Shown: positions 1 through 13,987 of the stretch, piece after piece
How the letters are laid out: each line of letters opens with the position of its first letter
Numbering within the stretch: the stretch's first letter is position 1
Assembly (NCBI GenBank): GCA_036172245.1
Contig: JAYWIR010000006.1
Coordinates: 2,294,001 to 2,358,000 of the forward strand
DNA from: Raillietiella orientalis
Lineage: Eukaryota
Direction: 5' to 3'
DNA: 64,000 nucleotides
Notes under the pieces: model-generated
What the model saw: only the letters and a program-made list of their open reading frames with translations
Database searches by the model: none
Told to the model about the DNA's origin: nothing
Program-made: the position numbers and the translations under genes

Positions 1-639
1 ACGACCAAAGGGGATGGATGGAATTCCCGAAAAACTCGCCTCTGCTCCGTTCGCCGTCCGGCATCAACGAAGAGCATGGGAAAGGGACTCTGTGTTGGCA
101 ATCCTAGGGGGAATGAATACTCGAGGAAATGGATTGACATTAAGGAGCCTCTCCCGAGGACCAGAAACGATGATGAAGGTCGCGCGGAAAGGCAGGTACA
201 GAACACCCACCTCGAGGCGGCGCTCGAGGGAGAAGTCGGCGCAGGTGTGATGATGATGCATCTAGAGAGAGATCCGCAACCACCATCAACAGCACCAGCA
301 GCGCGCGTTAAGAAGCGAGACGTCAGCTCCCCATCTCTCTTGCTTCCTCCCCGTTGCTGGACCCAGTAAACGTTCCGCTGCCCATCCTTCTCTTTCGGGC
401 CCTTTCCAGCCTTCAACGGGAACTGTTAGACGGGGAACCTACGACCAAAAAGTGCCTCAAAGAATTCTTCTCCCTTTGAGAGTAGACTTCAGATCTGGGC
501 AGCGGAGTGCAAGCAGGACTTTTCTGAAGCATTTCTTAACCTATAAACGTGATTTTCGCTTCATAACTCTGTGGCTCACTCTGTGACGCAGTGGGATCCG
601 CTCGTGCTGATAGCCTCTACCTGTTATCGAGCGGTTTGT

Positions 640-1330
640 AGGTAGCCGAGCTCGCAGCGAGGGAAGAATGCACCAATAGAGAGCTTTCACATTCTCCTCC
701 TCCTTCCTTTCAATTTTTCTGATGTTTTCTTGCCAATTCTCTGCAAGGGATGTCGTACGTGGGAAATCGAACGGTTGGAGGAGGTAGAGATAAACGGTTC
801 GGCCCCGTTCGCACTGCCGCATCCTCCGAACTCGTCTTCCTGTTGGGGACCTTTATACCGGAGATGTGATTTTTCTTCCTTCCCTTTTCAAAGCTTCTTC
901 GCGTCCCTCATTCGACAGTTGCAAGACCTTGGAACAGCTGCGTCTTATACAGGGGTAATGATATCTCCAATAAAGGCCCCAATAAGGGGATTCTCATTCG
1001 AAAACAAGCGTCGTGTTGCATCCTCCCGCGTGGGGGCCTGGAACTCAAGGAGAGCAAATGCCTCAAAGTACCTCGATTGCGCCGACGTCTTCTCAATAGG
1101 ATGCTCGAGAAGAAGAACGCATCCTCTCGTTCCCAGGTAATTTGTGCTCTATAGAGTCAAAGTGCCCCGAGCTCCATGAGAACCGATCGACCTGAAGGGA
1201 GTCTTTCCTTGCATGCTTCTCTTCAACAACATCCTGCTGTAGTACGAAACGGATAGCCGATGTCCTGACTAGCGGGGATGCAACATGGAATGCCTGGGAT
1301 GCGAGACTGGGACGAGAGCCCAGGACTGCA
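640..1330 (-). mobile_element. Decayed RTE-like non-LTR retrotransposon, reverse-transcriptase region
   Basis: Collinear degenerate RT motifs across frames on -: IRFVLQQDVVEEK...HFDSIEH (cf. IFxLxQxxEK...KAFDSIEH), GDIITPV (cf. QGDxISP), SHLRYK (cf. HLRFADD), VYLYL (cf. YxYLG), LYWCILPSL (cf. CILPxLxYG). Stops and frameshifts are present. Confidence 0.55.
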
Positions 1331-2819
1331 TGCCCCATGCCCCATCCTTCCTCACACTCTTGGCTGTGAACTACAACAGCAGAAGAAAAAGCTGGGGGGA
1401 TGGAAACTCTCCTCTGGGACTTCATTGGTGCTGCGATGTTCAATGAAGTGGATAGCAGCACTGAAATGGCTCAGCTGCCAAGCTCGGGAAAGTACCGGGG
1501 TCTCCACGCAGTGGCATACTTGGAAATCAACGGCTTAAGTGTATTTCATAATCCGTCATGACGTCAGTGTTACCACGACGTTCTGTTTCGTACACGATGC
1601 GTTCTTGTCTTGCGAAACATCCGCAAAGAATGGGAATACGCTTCTCCTGCATCAGTGTCACGCATTCAGCACTCCTTGGCAACGCTGCAGAGGAGGAAAA
1701 CAAAAGCGAAAACTCGGTTTCTAACGGAAAGGACGTTTCAGTGCTAGCGAAAAGAAAGCGGCAGATGCACAACTTCCAGTGACCTCCAGTCTTCCGTATT
1801 CCTGTGAAGGCTCGGTGTAAACAAAGGAAAGCGACACTCGGAAGAAGCGGAGAAACTCAAAGAAATTCGGCTCGCTGGTCGGGAGCCAGGGGCACACCGC
1901 GAAAAATTGTTTCGTGTTGCGTGTCGCAGCAAACACTCTTCCGGAGTTGCCGAGAACCGGAATTTGCGGCTCTCATCCCGGCTGGCTTCATTTCTCAGCC
2001 AATCAGTGTTTTCCTCCCAATTCCTTTTAATGGACGTCTCGCGGACCACAGCTGTGCGGACTGATAAAATTATTCTGTAATTTCCACTGGCCATGCATCA
2101 AATGTTTTCGCAGGTTGAATCCTGTCTCTCCAGTGCTCACCCTGCTTCGTCCCTTCGAAGCAATAATTTACGCTCGAAGAAGAGCGTGCTTCTTCTCCGT
2201 GGTGCAACATGTGTTTCACTTTGTATGGGGGCAGGCGAAAGGCTCCGCGATCCACGCACCACCGTCTCCCTTCCGTTTTCGCCCGCGCCATTTTCGACGA
2301 ACGGATTCTCTTCGAGTGCAACTCTTAATGGGCGATGATTTTTGATAAACACGTGGAATGAAGGGACGCGGGTGCGTGCTGCGACCTGTGCCACATGGAA
2401 GGAATTCCCCGCCCACCCCCACCACCGCACGGAGCTCCCGCTCGTACTTCGAGCAGGAGGAGGAGGCTGGGAGAGTTGCAAGCGCTCAGCGCGCGAGATT
2501 GCAGCTTTGTGGGTTGCGTGGAGACCGAGAACGTCAACGGGCTTTCCCGGCTTTCCTTTCCGGAGGCTGAAGCCTTCGGAGGACTGCCAGATCAACCTTC
2601 ACCGGCCGCGGAAAGACCTGCTGCATCTCCTGCCTGATTCGGATCAGACCGACTTGCACCATGATGCTCTCCGGGGCGACGCGCGACTCCTGCCTTCCTA
2701 TGCAGAGACAAACATCCGCGGTCCCGCCATCCGATCTCCACGAGCAAAAGCCGGATGGTGGACCTGGAACTCCCGCTTTCCTCAATTCCGGGGGAAAATT
2801 TCAGAGTGGGTGCTTCGTC

Positions 2820-2960
2820 CATAAAAATCAAGTGAGAGCTGAGTGTGCATTGATATTCAAATGAGACGGAAGACGCGACTAATAGAATCGTTTTATTTAC
2901 AGCTTCCAAAGAAAGGCGTATCACAGAGTTGTTAACTGCGTCAAGCTTTGATAACTGGGA
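2820..2960 (-). mobile_element. Small LINE (I/Ingi-like) relic
   Basis: LSKLDAVNNSVIRLSLEAVNKT resembles the post-RT LxxLDxVHxxxIRLxxGAFxT segment of I-group LINEs. This is a single motif only. Confidence 0.3.
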
Positions 2961-3303
2961 CCTGACCGGAGAAAGATTCAGCTTACACCAGGCTCACAAG
3001 GGAAAAAAAAAAAAAAAAAAAAAAAAAACTTATCTCCCTGCTTTCTGAAAATTCTCACTGCAAGTATCTTGCATCCGCCTTCAGATCAGACAGAGGAAAT
3101 CAGTCTCTGAAACATCTGTTGATAATTCCGGTAATTGGTTTAATCCATGATGGGCAACGTGAATTAGGACGTCGGCAGGCATTTTTATTTGCTTTTTCTT
3201 TGTTTGGTTCCTCTTTTGATTTTATGACCACACCTGACAGGCATCTGATCTGTTTGTTTTATCTGCAACAAGAACGAGCAACTACAACTAGAACTCACCG
3301 TTT

Positions 3304-3334
<31 letters not shown>

Positions 3335-4209
3335 GAGAAAGAAGGAAAAAGATAAATAGGCAACAGACATCAATTACTAACTACACCATGCAATGGGGAT
3401 TTCCGGAATTCCTGGGAGCAGGAAGCGTCTCGTTTTCTTCCACGAGGACCCGTTAGTCAGTCCGTGCTTCCTCCTGGATGCTCGCCCGCTCCGGCTTCCC
3501 GTGTTTGTTACGACCACGTCTCAACCGAACCTCGATTCGCTCCCGAGGGCGGCACCGACCATCTTCGGCCGCGTGCTCTACCACGCGAGGATTCCTCCCT
3601 CCCCTCTGCCCCCCGCTTCCCTTGAAGACGGACGGCGTCGTTCCAGATACTGCCGTTCGCGAAAAGAGAGAGAGAGAGAGAAAAAAAAAGAGCAAAATTG
3701 TCGACAGGAGGACTCACGCAAGGATTACGCACAATTTTGGCAGCATCCAATTGAATTTTGCGAATTTTTGCAACCGCGCCATCCCGGCAAGGATTTCAGG
3801 GTTTTCTTTTTCCCTTTTTAATTGCACGGCGGAACAGGCGCACGGCTCCTAAACTCTCCTCCGAGATCTGACCGCACTAATTAAGTGCTTGGGGGAAAGA
3901 GAGTGAGCGAGAGAGCAAAAAAGAAGCGCTCCCAATTTTGCCCAAGAGAAGAGGAAGAGAGCAAATTGGTACTCAAAGCAACAATGAGCAGTCGCCAACA
4001 ACGGGAAGCTGACGCAAACAGGTCCATCGGATAAAAAGGACTGCCTCCGAAACGAAGGTGCGCCCACGGGTGACGATGCTTTCGCGGTCCTTTCCCGCTC
4101 CGAAGGTGCTCATTTCTGCTGGCTGTTCCATTCTGCTGACCGCCTGTCAACGGGAGGATGGCAACCGACTGACCATCCTAGCTGTCGTCCGTAGAATCCT
4201 TCGCGCACT

Positions 4210-4440
4210 CTAAATGGATGAGTGTTCAGTTGCACACTGGAGTGTACGACAGCCAAAGCTGCAAACCAGTGCGAAGCCCCAAACTGTTACGTGATCGGTT
4301 TTCAGGGTGGACAGCGGACGAGCAGGAGGGTCCAAGGGCATCGGAATTTCCAATCTGTCCGGTACAGATGCATGGTACAGTCTCCCTAAGTATCCGTAGT
4401 AGAATTCTACGAATCCTGCGAACGCCACAGATGTGGCTAC
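4210..4440 (-). mobile_element. Decayed Ty3/Gypsy-like pol fragment (RT end / RNase H start)
   Basis: AFAGFVEFYYGYLGRLYHASVP (cf. SFLGLVNYYxxFIxxxxxxxxP) is followed by PLSTLKTDHVTVWGFALV (cf. LxTDASxxGxGAVL). Confidence 0.45.
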
Positions 4441-7400
4441 AGATGCTTAAAAAGCCAGAACAGCATTGCGGCTAATGGGAAAAGACCGAAGGTTCGGAGT
4501 CTGGGGCCACTAGCTCCGCGATCCACCTGCGTGCGACGGGAGAACGTCGCCATGGCGGCACGGCGAGCTAGCGGAAGCGGGTGGTGTCGCTACAAAAAAG
4601 GATTCCCCGTGAGGACTTTCACTCGCGGCCACGTCGCCTCGCTTGCAGCCCAGCATCTTCCTGTGGCGCGTGGGTTTGCAGCGTTCCAAGCAAACACGGA
4701 TCCGGGAGGGTCGGCACAACCCCCCTGCGTTCAGGCGGGGTCTGCACGGGGAGGCCAGATCGCTGCTGCCGCACCGAGCCCACCCGAAGTGCGGGGCAGG
4801 TGGTGCTCGGAAGAAAAGTGTCGTCAGCACGGTCGGCTGGCCGGCATGCGAGCGGGCACTCTTCGGCGGTCCAGACCCACACAGTCTGTGTGAGGCGGTC
4901 TTCGAGGCAAAAGCGACAGCCACCCATCTCTTGGGATTGCGTTTGTTCTGGCACGGTTTGGACTGCAACAAACACTCCGACCCACCCGTTTAGCTGGCTA
5001 CCCGCGCGCACCGAGGTTCGGCTGCACTTGGAAAGGCAAGGGCGCCCCCACCTAGGAAGCCCGCCGGAAGCAGACAAAGAGAAGCAGAGCAACCCTCGAT
5101 CCGCAGGAGCAAAAAGCAGCACGGAGCCAGGAAGAGGTCGTGAGCTTCGGTGCCGCCTTCTCGCTCGCTTCCGACTGTCCTCCCTTTCCCGAGAACCTCC
5201 GCATCGGACGCGCTCCGTCCGCGGGATGCAGACGAAAGAGAGGAAGCAGCGCTCCTCTTCGGACCCCTCGGCTGCTCGATCCGAGGTGTGCCTGCTCCGA
5301 GAAAGCTCGCCCTCCCAGACTTCTCCGAAGGCGGCGGCAGCAGAAGCCGCGGCGGCAACAGCAGCGAGGACGGATGCCGATGCAGCACGCCGCTCTGCTC
5401 GGCAAGGTGTTGAAAAACATCGATCTTTTCCTTGGCGACGATAACCTTTTCGTTATCTTCTTTATCCAATTTCTGGTTCATCATTCTTTTTTTGTGCGTG
5501 TGTGCCCGACTTCTGCGAGTTTCACCCGCTGGATCTTCGAAGTATCTTTTTATCTCTCTTGCAGTGCTTTTCTCGTCGCGCCCGAGACACGCCTGCGGAG
5601 ACTGCCGACGTCCGCGCGTGCGGCGGGTGGGGCGCGCGCAAGCAGCAGCCGGCTCTGCAGCGGCTGCCGCCGGCGGTGCTGCCCTGCTGCCGTGGACTTT
5701 TCGGACCGGCGTCCGAAGTTTCGGCGGCAGACCGTCAACCGGCGGCGGAAGCGCAGGAGGCGCGAAGAGGAGCGCTCCGCCACGCCGTCCTTCGGTGGGG
5801 CGCGGCCAGCCATTGTTGCGCCAAGGGTCACAACGATCGCTACCTCGTTTCCGCCCCTCCCCTCTGTGTCCGCGCAGCCTCGTGCAACAAAGCGGGAGAG
5901 AGCCACGCGCCGCGTTGGGCACGCCTCACATGCGTGCACATGCGCGCGCGCGTAACGGTGCGGGCACGCGAGCCCGGATGGTCCGTCTAGCGGAAGGACC
6001 CATCCGCCATGCTCCGGCAGCAGGATGCACGTCGGAGCGGGAGCGAGCACGCGCGCGTTCCGCCGCATCCCGCAGCAGCAACCACGCGTAGCGGACTGCG
6101 CGCGCGCTGTCCCCGTCGCGTGAAGGCACGCCGCAGCAGACTGCGCGTTTCCGTGTGGCGTCGGCGGCAATCGGAAGAGTCCGCAGCGCTCGCTGCCTCC
6201 ATCGCATCTTCCCGAGCGCTGCGCCCACTGTTGCTGCTGCCGCAGCAGCAGCCGGAGGCGAGCGGAAACACTCGCAACCACCGTCGGAAGAGTTCCCCAG
6301 CGGAGGGAGATGCGAGGAGGTTGCCTGGCCACCGTAACCGCCTCTGACGGGGCTGCTGCCGCTCCCCCCCGTCCCCAGGACGACGGGAACGCGGCTCGTC
6401 CGGGCAGGCGGCGGAGAGTACAAAGGAGCACCGTCGCTTGACCGGAGGAGAGGGGAGGAGATCCTTGGTAGGAGGGTGCGGGGCCGAGCGATCCCTTTCT
6501 CCAGGAGGAGGAGTTCGCCCCGCTCCCCTCCTCCTTCCCCCACCCTCTTCTGCCCTCGCTCCGATGCCGGCACCTCGAGCAGTGGCGGCGGCTGCACAAG
6601 GACCCCTGGGCGTGCGGAAGATACAAAGGGCGCCGCTTCCTTAGGACGGACCTCTTCTGTCACGCCCAGACCGGAAGCTGCGCGATCTCTCTCTCTCTCT
6701 CTCTCCCATGCGCGCGCGCGTCTTACGTTCGTCTTTTTGCCCTCGGAGCCATCTCGCTCGGGTTCGTCCGGTGTGGAGGTTGTTCTTGCAGATGGCTGCT
6801 GGCTTCTCTCTCCTGCTCTCGTGCTGCTGGTCCTCGGACGTCTGCTCCGCCGCCGTACGCGACCCCTCGTTGTCCTCGAGGAAGTGACCACGACTACGAC
6901 GCGCGCGCGTGCACGCTGGACGTCCTTCTTCCCCCGAGGCTGGGGTGCCGATTCTCTCTTCCCGCCCCCCTTACCCGCCTGGACCAGGAGGGGTGAGCAA
7001 AGAAGGGGGACGGCGGTCCCGGCAGTGGTCGAAGGGCGCGGGCATCTCTTTTACTCCTAGACCACCACCTTACCTCGCTTTACCTATCCGCCGTCGCTCA
7101 ACGGGCGCCCGTCGAGCGAGCGGCGACAAGCGGAGGAGGGGAGGAGGAGGAGCGGAAAGCCACTCGACCGCGCGCTCGCCCGAGCGGTCGCGTCTCCGCG
7201 CGCGCGGCACGGCGTTCTCTCAAGACATCCGAGCTGCCGGCATCCTCGTCGCCGCTCGGAGATTTCGCTCGAGGAGAAGAGGAGGGAGGGGAAGGGAGGC
7301 GGGAAGGGAGGGAGGGAGAAAGAAAGAGAGAGGGAGAGAGGGATGGATGGAGAGGGAAGGAGGGAGGGAGGGAGGAGGGAGAGAGAGAGAGAGAGAGGGA

Positions 7401-8490
7401 GGGAGAGAGAGAGAGCGGCGGCTAACAAGAAGTCAGGTGGTGTCGATAAGATGATCACGAGCATCCATTCTTATCACGGGATTTTAGTACTCACCGCGCG
7501 GGCTCGCCGGCAGTTTGCGTCTGGCGGCATCTGCGAGGATCCCCGCCGCGGCGACAGCAGCAGCATCAGCACCAGCCCCATCGGCGGAGGCGGCGGCACC
7601 GCCACCACCACCACCACAGGAGTGACCGTCTCGGAAAGCGGCGTTCGGGCTCCGTGATCGGACCCGGCACATGGTGACGCGGAGCGGCGGCGGTCGGCAG
7701 TGAAATCCCGCGGTTCCCTCACTTCGCTCGCGCGCGCCAGCAGCTCCCGCAGGACGCCAAAGGTAGGGCGGCTTTCTTGGTTTGGGGGGGGGGGGTGAAG
7801 AGGGGGTCGCGCCCGCGCGGGCGAGCGGTGTTCTTGTGATCGCCATCGTCGTCTTCATCGTCGTCCTTGTCCTTGTCCCCTTCCTTGGACCCAGGCAAGG
7901 CAGAATTCACTCCCCGGCATGGCAGGTCGACCTTAGCATTGGGTCGTCCTCGCCGTTGTCGACAGGGGGTGGGGCAATAGGGGAGCGGATCGGAAAGTCC
8001 TACCCTGCACCCACGCACTAGCCCATGCTTGGTGAGCGGGTGGGTGGGTGGGTGGCGGTCCTCACCCCTGCCCTGTTTTTTTTTGCAGCGGTTGCGTGGG
8101 CGCTTGCGCACTCGAATTCGTTTCTTTTTTTTTTGCTCAGCCTCTTCGTCTTGTAAACCATCACGTTGTCAGAGGTTTTTGAACGCCCGGATCCCTTAGG
8201 ATTCGGACGATAGGGGAGTGGGTGTGAGAGCGTCAAGGCGCAGGAAAGATCGGGTTAACCGAAAGATAAAATACGCGCCTGCTCAATCACGGACTGGGGG
8301 CATGTGCACCCTGATCGATGTGTATGGGGTCACAGTGATCGACTCTTCCTTTGCTTTGGTTTTATATTTTTGTGTGTGTTTTTACCCAATACCGAACGCC
8401 ACCCTACCGCCCGCCTATGCCGTTGCTAAGGCAACTTTTGTGTTCAGAGTTTTTTTTTTTTTTGCACACGATGCCTTTTTACTGCGGTTC

Positions 8491-8672
8491 GTCAACAGTG
8501 CCCAGGCTTTTCCCGAGCAACCTGCCAACAATGCTCGACTTTTTCCCGAGCAACCTGCCAACAATGCTCGACTTTTTCCCGAGCAACCTGCCAACAATGC
8601 TCGACTTTTTCCCGAGCAACCGGCCGACAATGCTCGACTGTTTTCCAAGATGACGGCCAACAATGCCCGGAT
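8491..8672. repeat. 33-bp minisatellite, unit TTTTCCCGAGCAACCTGCCAACAATGCTCGACT
   Basis: Three identical copies (8508-8540, 8541-8573, 8574-8606), one copy with 2 substitutions (8607-8639), and degenerate partial copies on both sides. Confidence 0.95.
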
Positions 8673-11600
8673 CTCCGAGTGAGCGAGCGGATATCCGCGG
8701 TCTTCTTGCTCCGCCGTCCTTCCCCTCGTTCGCAGTTTCCTCCCGGAGAATCGGATTTCCAGCGGTTCCTTCGCACGTGTGCGTGTGCTTTTTTCCAGCG
8801 CATCTTCCCCGCGGAGGAAGAAGATCCCTGCGAACGGGAAACCGGCGCGACCCGTTTCCGCCGTGTTCGGAAAGGACCGGGAAACGGCGCGGAATCGCAC
8901 GGCCGAACAATCGGAGGCGATTGTTTCCACGCGATCCCTTTTCACGCTCTCGCCGGTGCGCTCGCTGTTCCTCCCTCCCCCCTCCCGCTCGGAGCTCCTC
9001 GCAAGATGCCAGCGAAAAGCGAAAGAGCATCTGCCGCTCGCTCTGCGTCTTGGACTTTTCTTGCGCCGTCACCTGTCTGTTCTTTTGTATCCAACGTCAG
9101 CTGGCGTGTCTTCTGTGGCTACGGGAATTGAATCAACCTTCTGGCGATTTTTTTCTTTTTTGAGTTTTTTTTTTTTCTTCTTCTTCTTTCCTTTCCCGCT
9201 TTCCCCTTCGCGCACGCGAGAATTTCGGAAACGGTCGAACTCGGTCGCGTTCTTGAAACTTCTACCCCTGCATGTAGACCGGCACTGCACCCGGTCTTTT
9301 TCGAAACCTCGTGGAATTCTTGCAACGCAGATGAAGAATTCCAGGAAGGCAGCCGGCGATGAAAAAAAAAAGTCCCTTCCCTTTCTCCCGAGTTTTTTTT
9401 TCCTTCCTTTCTTTCCTTCCTTCTCCTTCTCTCTCCCCTCCTCTCTCTCTCTCTCTCTCTCTTCCCCTGTGTCGTCGGAGATGTGCGACCGATTTCCGGT
9501 TGCCTCCAGCTCTTCGCAATCGAAATGACTTGTGAGATTCGCTCCACGACTGGGATCCGCTATTCAGATCTTATTTTGACCCATGCAACATCAGCAACTT
9601 TCGTTTCCTCTCTCTCTTTTTCATTTCTGTAGCTCCGTCTCGCCGGCGTACGCATTGTGGATCGAATTCTTTTGTACGAAAAAAGACGGGGAAGGGGTCT
9701 TGAGGAGAAGGGGAAAAAAAGGACCCGAAATCTTGGGGACCTGAATGAGATCCTTATGTATCATTTAATGGCCCATCTGTCCTACGGGTGCGCAGTGGCA
9801 AGGGGGAGAAAGAGCGCGGGAGAAAGGCAGGCTGATTGTAAAGCGACATAAGTCAAATTTCGAGATGAATTGTTGCAGAGTTGGGTCATGCTTAAGATCC
9901 ACGGAGCTCCACAATGGCTCCGTGATGGGAAGTCTTCTCGGAGAAGACTCGAGAAGAGGGGAGAGCGAATAAAAGCTGAAGGGACACGCAGTCCAAAGAC
10001 AGGACTTCTTCGAAAAGGAAACTGTCACCACAGGAGCAAACATCCATCGAGCCGATGGCTTTTGTGAGGAGGAGCGTCAAATAAATTCCATGCCGCATGC
10101 AACCTTCCCGCCCTGTCCGGGAAGTATCGGGTGCTTCAGCCGGAGGAGTCGGTTCCCATTCATTTTCTCGCATCCCTACCTAGCGGGAAACTTGAAAACG
10201 GCACACGTGCACGCCTGCGCAGTAACCGAAGCGACGCTAACGGGCGCTTCGGGAACTGTACGCACGGGCGGGAGGAAGGAAGGAACCTCGCGTAGTAACG
10301 GCAGGGTGTCGGGCAAGGGGGATGAGGAGGAGGAGGAGGGGGGGGGGGAAGGCGCCGATCCCGAATTGCCGGAACACGGCGGCCATTCAGAGCGACAGAG
10401 CAGAGCTGTCGCCACGTGTGCCGGTCCGTTAGCTGAAGGGTTGTGTGCCGCCGCAGAGGAACGAAGATGACGTCGGTACACTTCTTTCAGGCCTCTTTCT
10501 TCCTCTTCGCCCTCTCCCCAGCGATGGAGCCCAACCGTTCGCGAGGTCCAGGGCGTGCGCGCGTCTCTTCCCACCCGGTCGCACCCTGCGCGCGTCCCTT
10601 TCCCCCTTCTCCCGAAAGGAGGAAAAGAAAAGAAGAGGGAGAGGTTGCACCTAGCGGTCGTGCAGATCGGTGGGAATTTTCGGAAAAGCGGTCCCCATGG
10701 CGCGACTGCCCACTCCCAGGACGCTCAAAGTGCCGCCCATTGTTGCGGGCTATGAATAAAAAAAAAAAAAAAATGTGTGTATATATATATATATATATAT
10801 ATTTCTTTTTTTTCCCGCAAAGGACGCGGCGCTGCTGCCAAGTCGGGGTTGTGCAGTGCTTTCGGGGGGGGTTCGGATCGGCCAATGAAAATCCACGCGG
10901 AACAGTTTTGGGACATAAATAAAACTGTCCGTGCACGGTTTCCGCCGAAAACGTCGAGAAAAACCATCTTTTGTTTGAATGCGAACCGGGTGCGTGGGTG
11001 ATGGGTAGGTGGGGGTGGGGGTGGCGGATCCCCAAGCGCGGACTTGTGGAACGCGGGGCGGGTTGCTGGGGCCGCTCGACGTCCGCGATGACGTCGGCAT
11101 CGGCGATACCTCGAGGGAGGCGTGCAGTAGGTGGCGCCCCGCCATCCCAAAGGTTTCGGAGCGAAGAAACACCGTTCGCACTACGACCCTGGAACCGCAT
11201 TTTCCCTTTTCAAGGGCTTGTCCACTCCTTGCCGATGAGGCCGTCGCGTCCCAGGAAAATACATTACATAAGCTGCCGTTTATTTCCCCCCCCCCCCCTC
11301 CTCGGGTCTCGAGCTGCCGTGCGATTTCAGGGGTCGCTTGCTGTCCTCACCGCTCTTGGCGCCTGACCACGCTCCGAACTGCGGGAGTTGGCGCGCGCTC
11401 CGGTCTCCGTCTTCCACGTGGGCGTATTCCGTGGATCACGCGGAGCCGTTTCCGTGGTGCTCCCTTCCGGCGAGCGTGGAGCGCCACGGCGCTGCCACGG
11501 AGAGCCAGCACGCGTGGCGATTCCGGGAAACACGTGGAACTCCGGTGGAGCGGCAAGACGTATGTGAACTCCGGCTGCACGAGATCCATGGTCGTGTGCT

Positions 11601-13398
11601 TCTGCTCAGCATCCAACCTGGAATCGATCCACGGGCACACCAAACCCATTCAGGCGGGGTTGCCCGTTCGTGCTGCTGCCTTCGAAGACTTCAACGGCTG
11701 TGGTTTTAAAAAAAAAAAAAAAAAAAAAAAAGGAAAAGAATGGCTTTGGAGCAGCAACACCACCGTAGCAGTTTCCTCCCGGAAGTTTTCTTTTTCAAGC
11801 AGAAGTTTCTTGTCCCCCCCCCCCTTTTTTTTGTTAAAAAAAAAAAAAAATCGATTTGACCACAACGCTGGTAATCACAAGCAAAAGGTTGTACATAAAT
11901 ATTTAGTAGTAGCACATTAGTCCACGAGATTAGTGGCTCGAAGGGTGCGCATCATCGACGAGGGACGGAGATGAAAAATTGAAACAATTTGTCGGAACCT
12001 GATGTTCCCGGAGTTTGCTCACACGGAAGGTGTAGCCATCCCCGTGAGATGCTGCGCACGTGAAGAGCGTGCGCGCATCCTTTGAGGCGGGCGGCCGGAA
12101 GCTCGCGTTCTCCCGTTTTAGGTAAATTCCCGAGCATTCGATTTCACGCTGCAGAACGAGGAAGGATGGGGGAGCACGGCAAGCGATCTTCCCGCTGGGA
12201 ACGAAATGGAAAGATTACGGCGGGGGGGGGGGGGGGGAGATACAGAGAGAGAGGGAGAGAAGGGTTTGGGACGGATTTCGCCTGAAAAGGCCGAACCCGC
12301 TCCCGTGGAAAAGGCGGAACGCATCGTGGAAGGCTCGGCAGGTCACAGATGTGACCGCCGAGCGTGCATTCTCCCGCGTGTTGGCGTGTGCCGCCTCCCT
12401 CTGCCTGGGACTTTGTGTAGATGCGGCCGGAAGCGAACTTTGCGATCACGGAATTCGAGCGTCAATCGCGAACATTCCCCGCGGCATCATCACCCCCCCC
12501 CCCACACACACACACCCACCCACCCTTTGAAGCACGCATCTCCCAGCTACGAGATCGTTTCCGTCGGCGGCGTGGCCCCCGCGACGGAGGGCAGAGGGGC
12601 GCCGAAGGATGTGGAAACCACGGAGGCGTTGGGCGGTGTGGCAATCGCTTTGGCAGCGGCGGTGGGAATGCCCACACGGGGAGCTTCCGACTGCACCGGG
12701 AAATCAAGGAAACACCTGCGGTTTATTATTAACCATGCATCGGTGACGCGTCTGGTTTGCCGAGTGTTCCCCCCCCTCCCCCCCCAGCCAAGTATTCGAA
12801 GAATTCCCCGTCCAAGACCAACAGCACGGATAGGGAGCCCGCTCGCTTCCGTCGTCAAGAGGTTCCCGCGTTCCGGCACTGCGGCGAAAGTCGGGAGGGC
12901 CTCCTCTCCCCTTGGCTCCAGTCAGCGAGCGCCCCCCTCGATCGTGGGGTTGCTGGCGGGGTCCCGGCGACCATCTCTCCCGGTGGGTGGTGCTTGCCTC
13001 CGGAGACCGTCAGGAGCGTTCGGGATCGATTGGGTTTCCTCGAGTTCTTTGACGCGCGGTCCATTCCCGGAAGGCTCGAGGCCGCATCCATCCAGGGTGC
13101 CCGTCGCGGGGTCTGCGATGTGACCCCGTCGCGGCTGGGTGACGGCGACACGGGAATCGCGCGATCCGTGCGCCCGACGCAACGGAAAGCCCTATTCACG
13201 TGCACCTTTGTGTTCCCGGAAAGGAAGGTCCCTGCCAGCGTGGTTCGCGGAAGCCCGCGGTGGCTCTGCCGAAACGCATCCCTTCGTTCCCGTGGCTTCC
13301 GAACAACAAAATCGCCGATTTCCGGTTCCGAAGTGACCGTCTATTGTCGCTGCGAGTAAAATGCATTTGGCAGTTGCGACTCTTGGATGCATTCCGTT

Positions 13399-13428
13399 AT
13401 CATCATCATCATCATCATCATCATCATC
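13399..13428. repeat. (CAT)n microsatellite
   Basis: About 10 perfect trinucleotide units. Confidence 0.95.
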
Positions 13429-13952
13429 GTTTCGAAGGAACGTTTTGCTTGAACGCCTTGGAACGGGAGGGGGAAAGCAACGAGGATGATGAATAATTGT
13501 AAATTGTGATTTCAGTCAGCTTTTCTTCAGCATGGGAGGCTCCTTTTTTTGTGTGTGTGTTTCTTTGCGGGATCGCCGTGTTTCGGCGTTAGGCTCGAAC
13601 GCAGGAAAGTGTCGACGCTCCCGTGTTGAGTGAGACGTTCGTGTTGCGCCACTTCGAGAGAGCCGTGAGGTTTTGGGGACCGGCCGGCTGCGGAATCGCC
13701 AGCGTGGGGTAGGGCTTGGGGTGGTCGACAGCCACCGTCCGGGATGTCCCTGCGGAGTCTGTGCAGGCACCGGGAGACCCCCGTGTCGCGCGAGCAGGGA
13801 GGGGTCCTTCTTTTTTCCCCCCATCGCGACCCTCTCGTAGGGAAAAGCTCCTCTCACCTCCCGGTATTCCCGGTAAGTTTGCTCGGCAGGAATCGTTTTC
13901 GTTCCCGCAGTGGGAGCTGAAAGAACGTCGAAGGCAAATCTGTCGTAAAAAT

Positions 13953-13987
<35 letters not shown>

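Noticed and set aside
8491..8672. CRISPR-like array or FPEQPANNARL repeat protein
   Set aside because: Units are head-to-tail with no unique spacers, there are no cas genes, and the context is eukaryotic. The peptide repeat is simply a consequence of the 33-nt unit length.
13399..13428. Poly-His coding tract
   Set aside because: It is a simple (CAT)n microsatellite in an ORF with no other coding signal.
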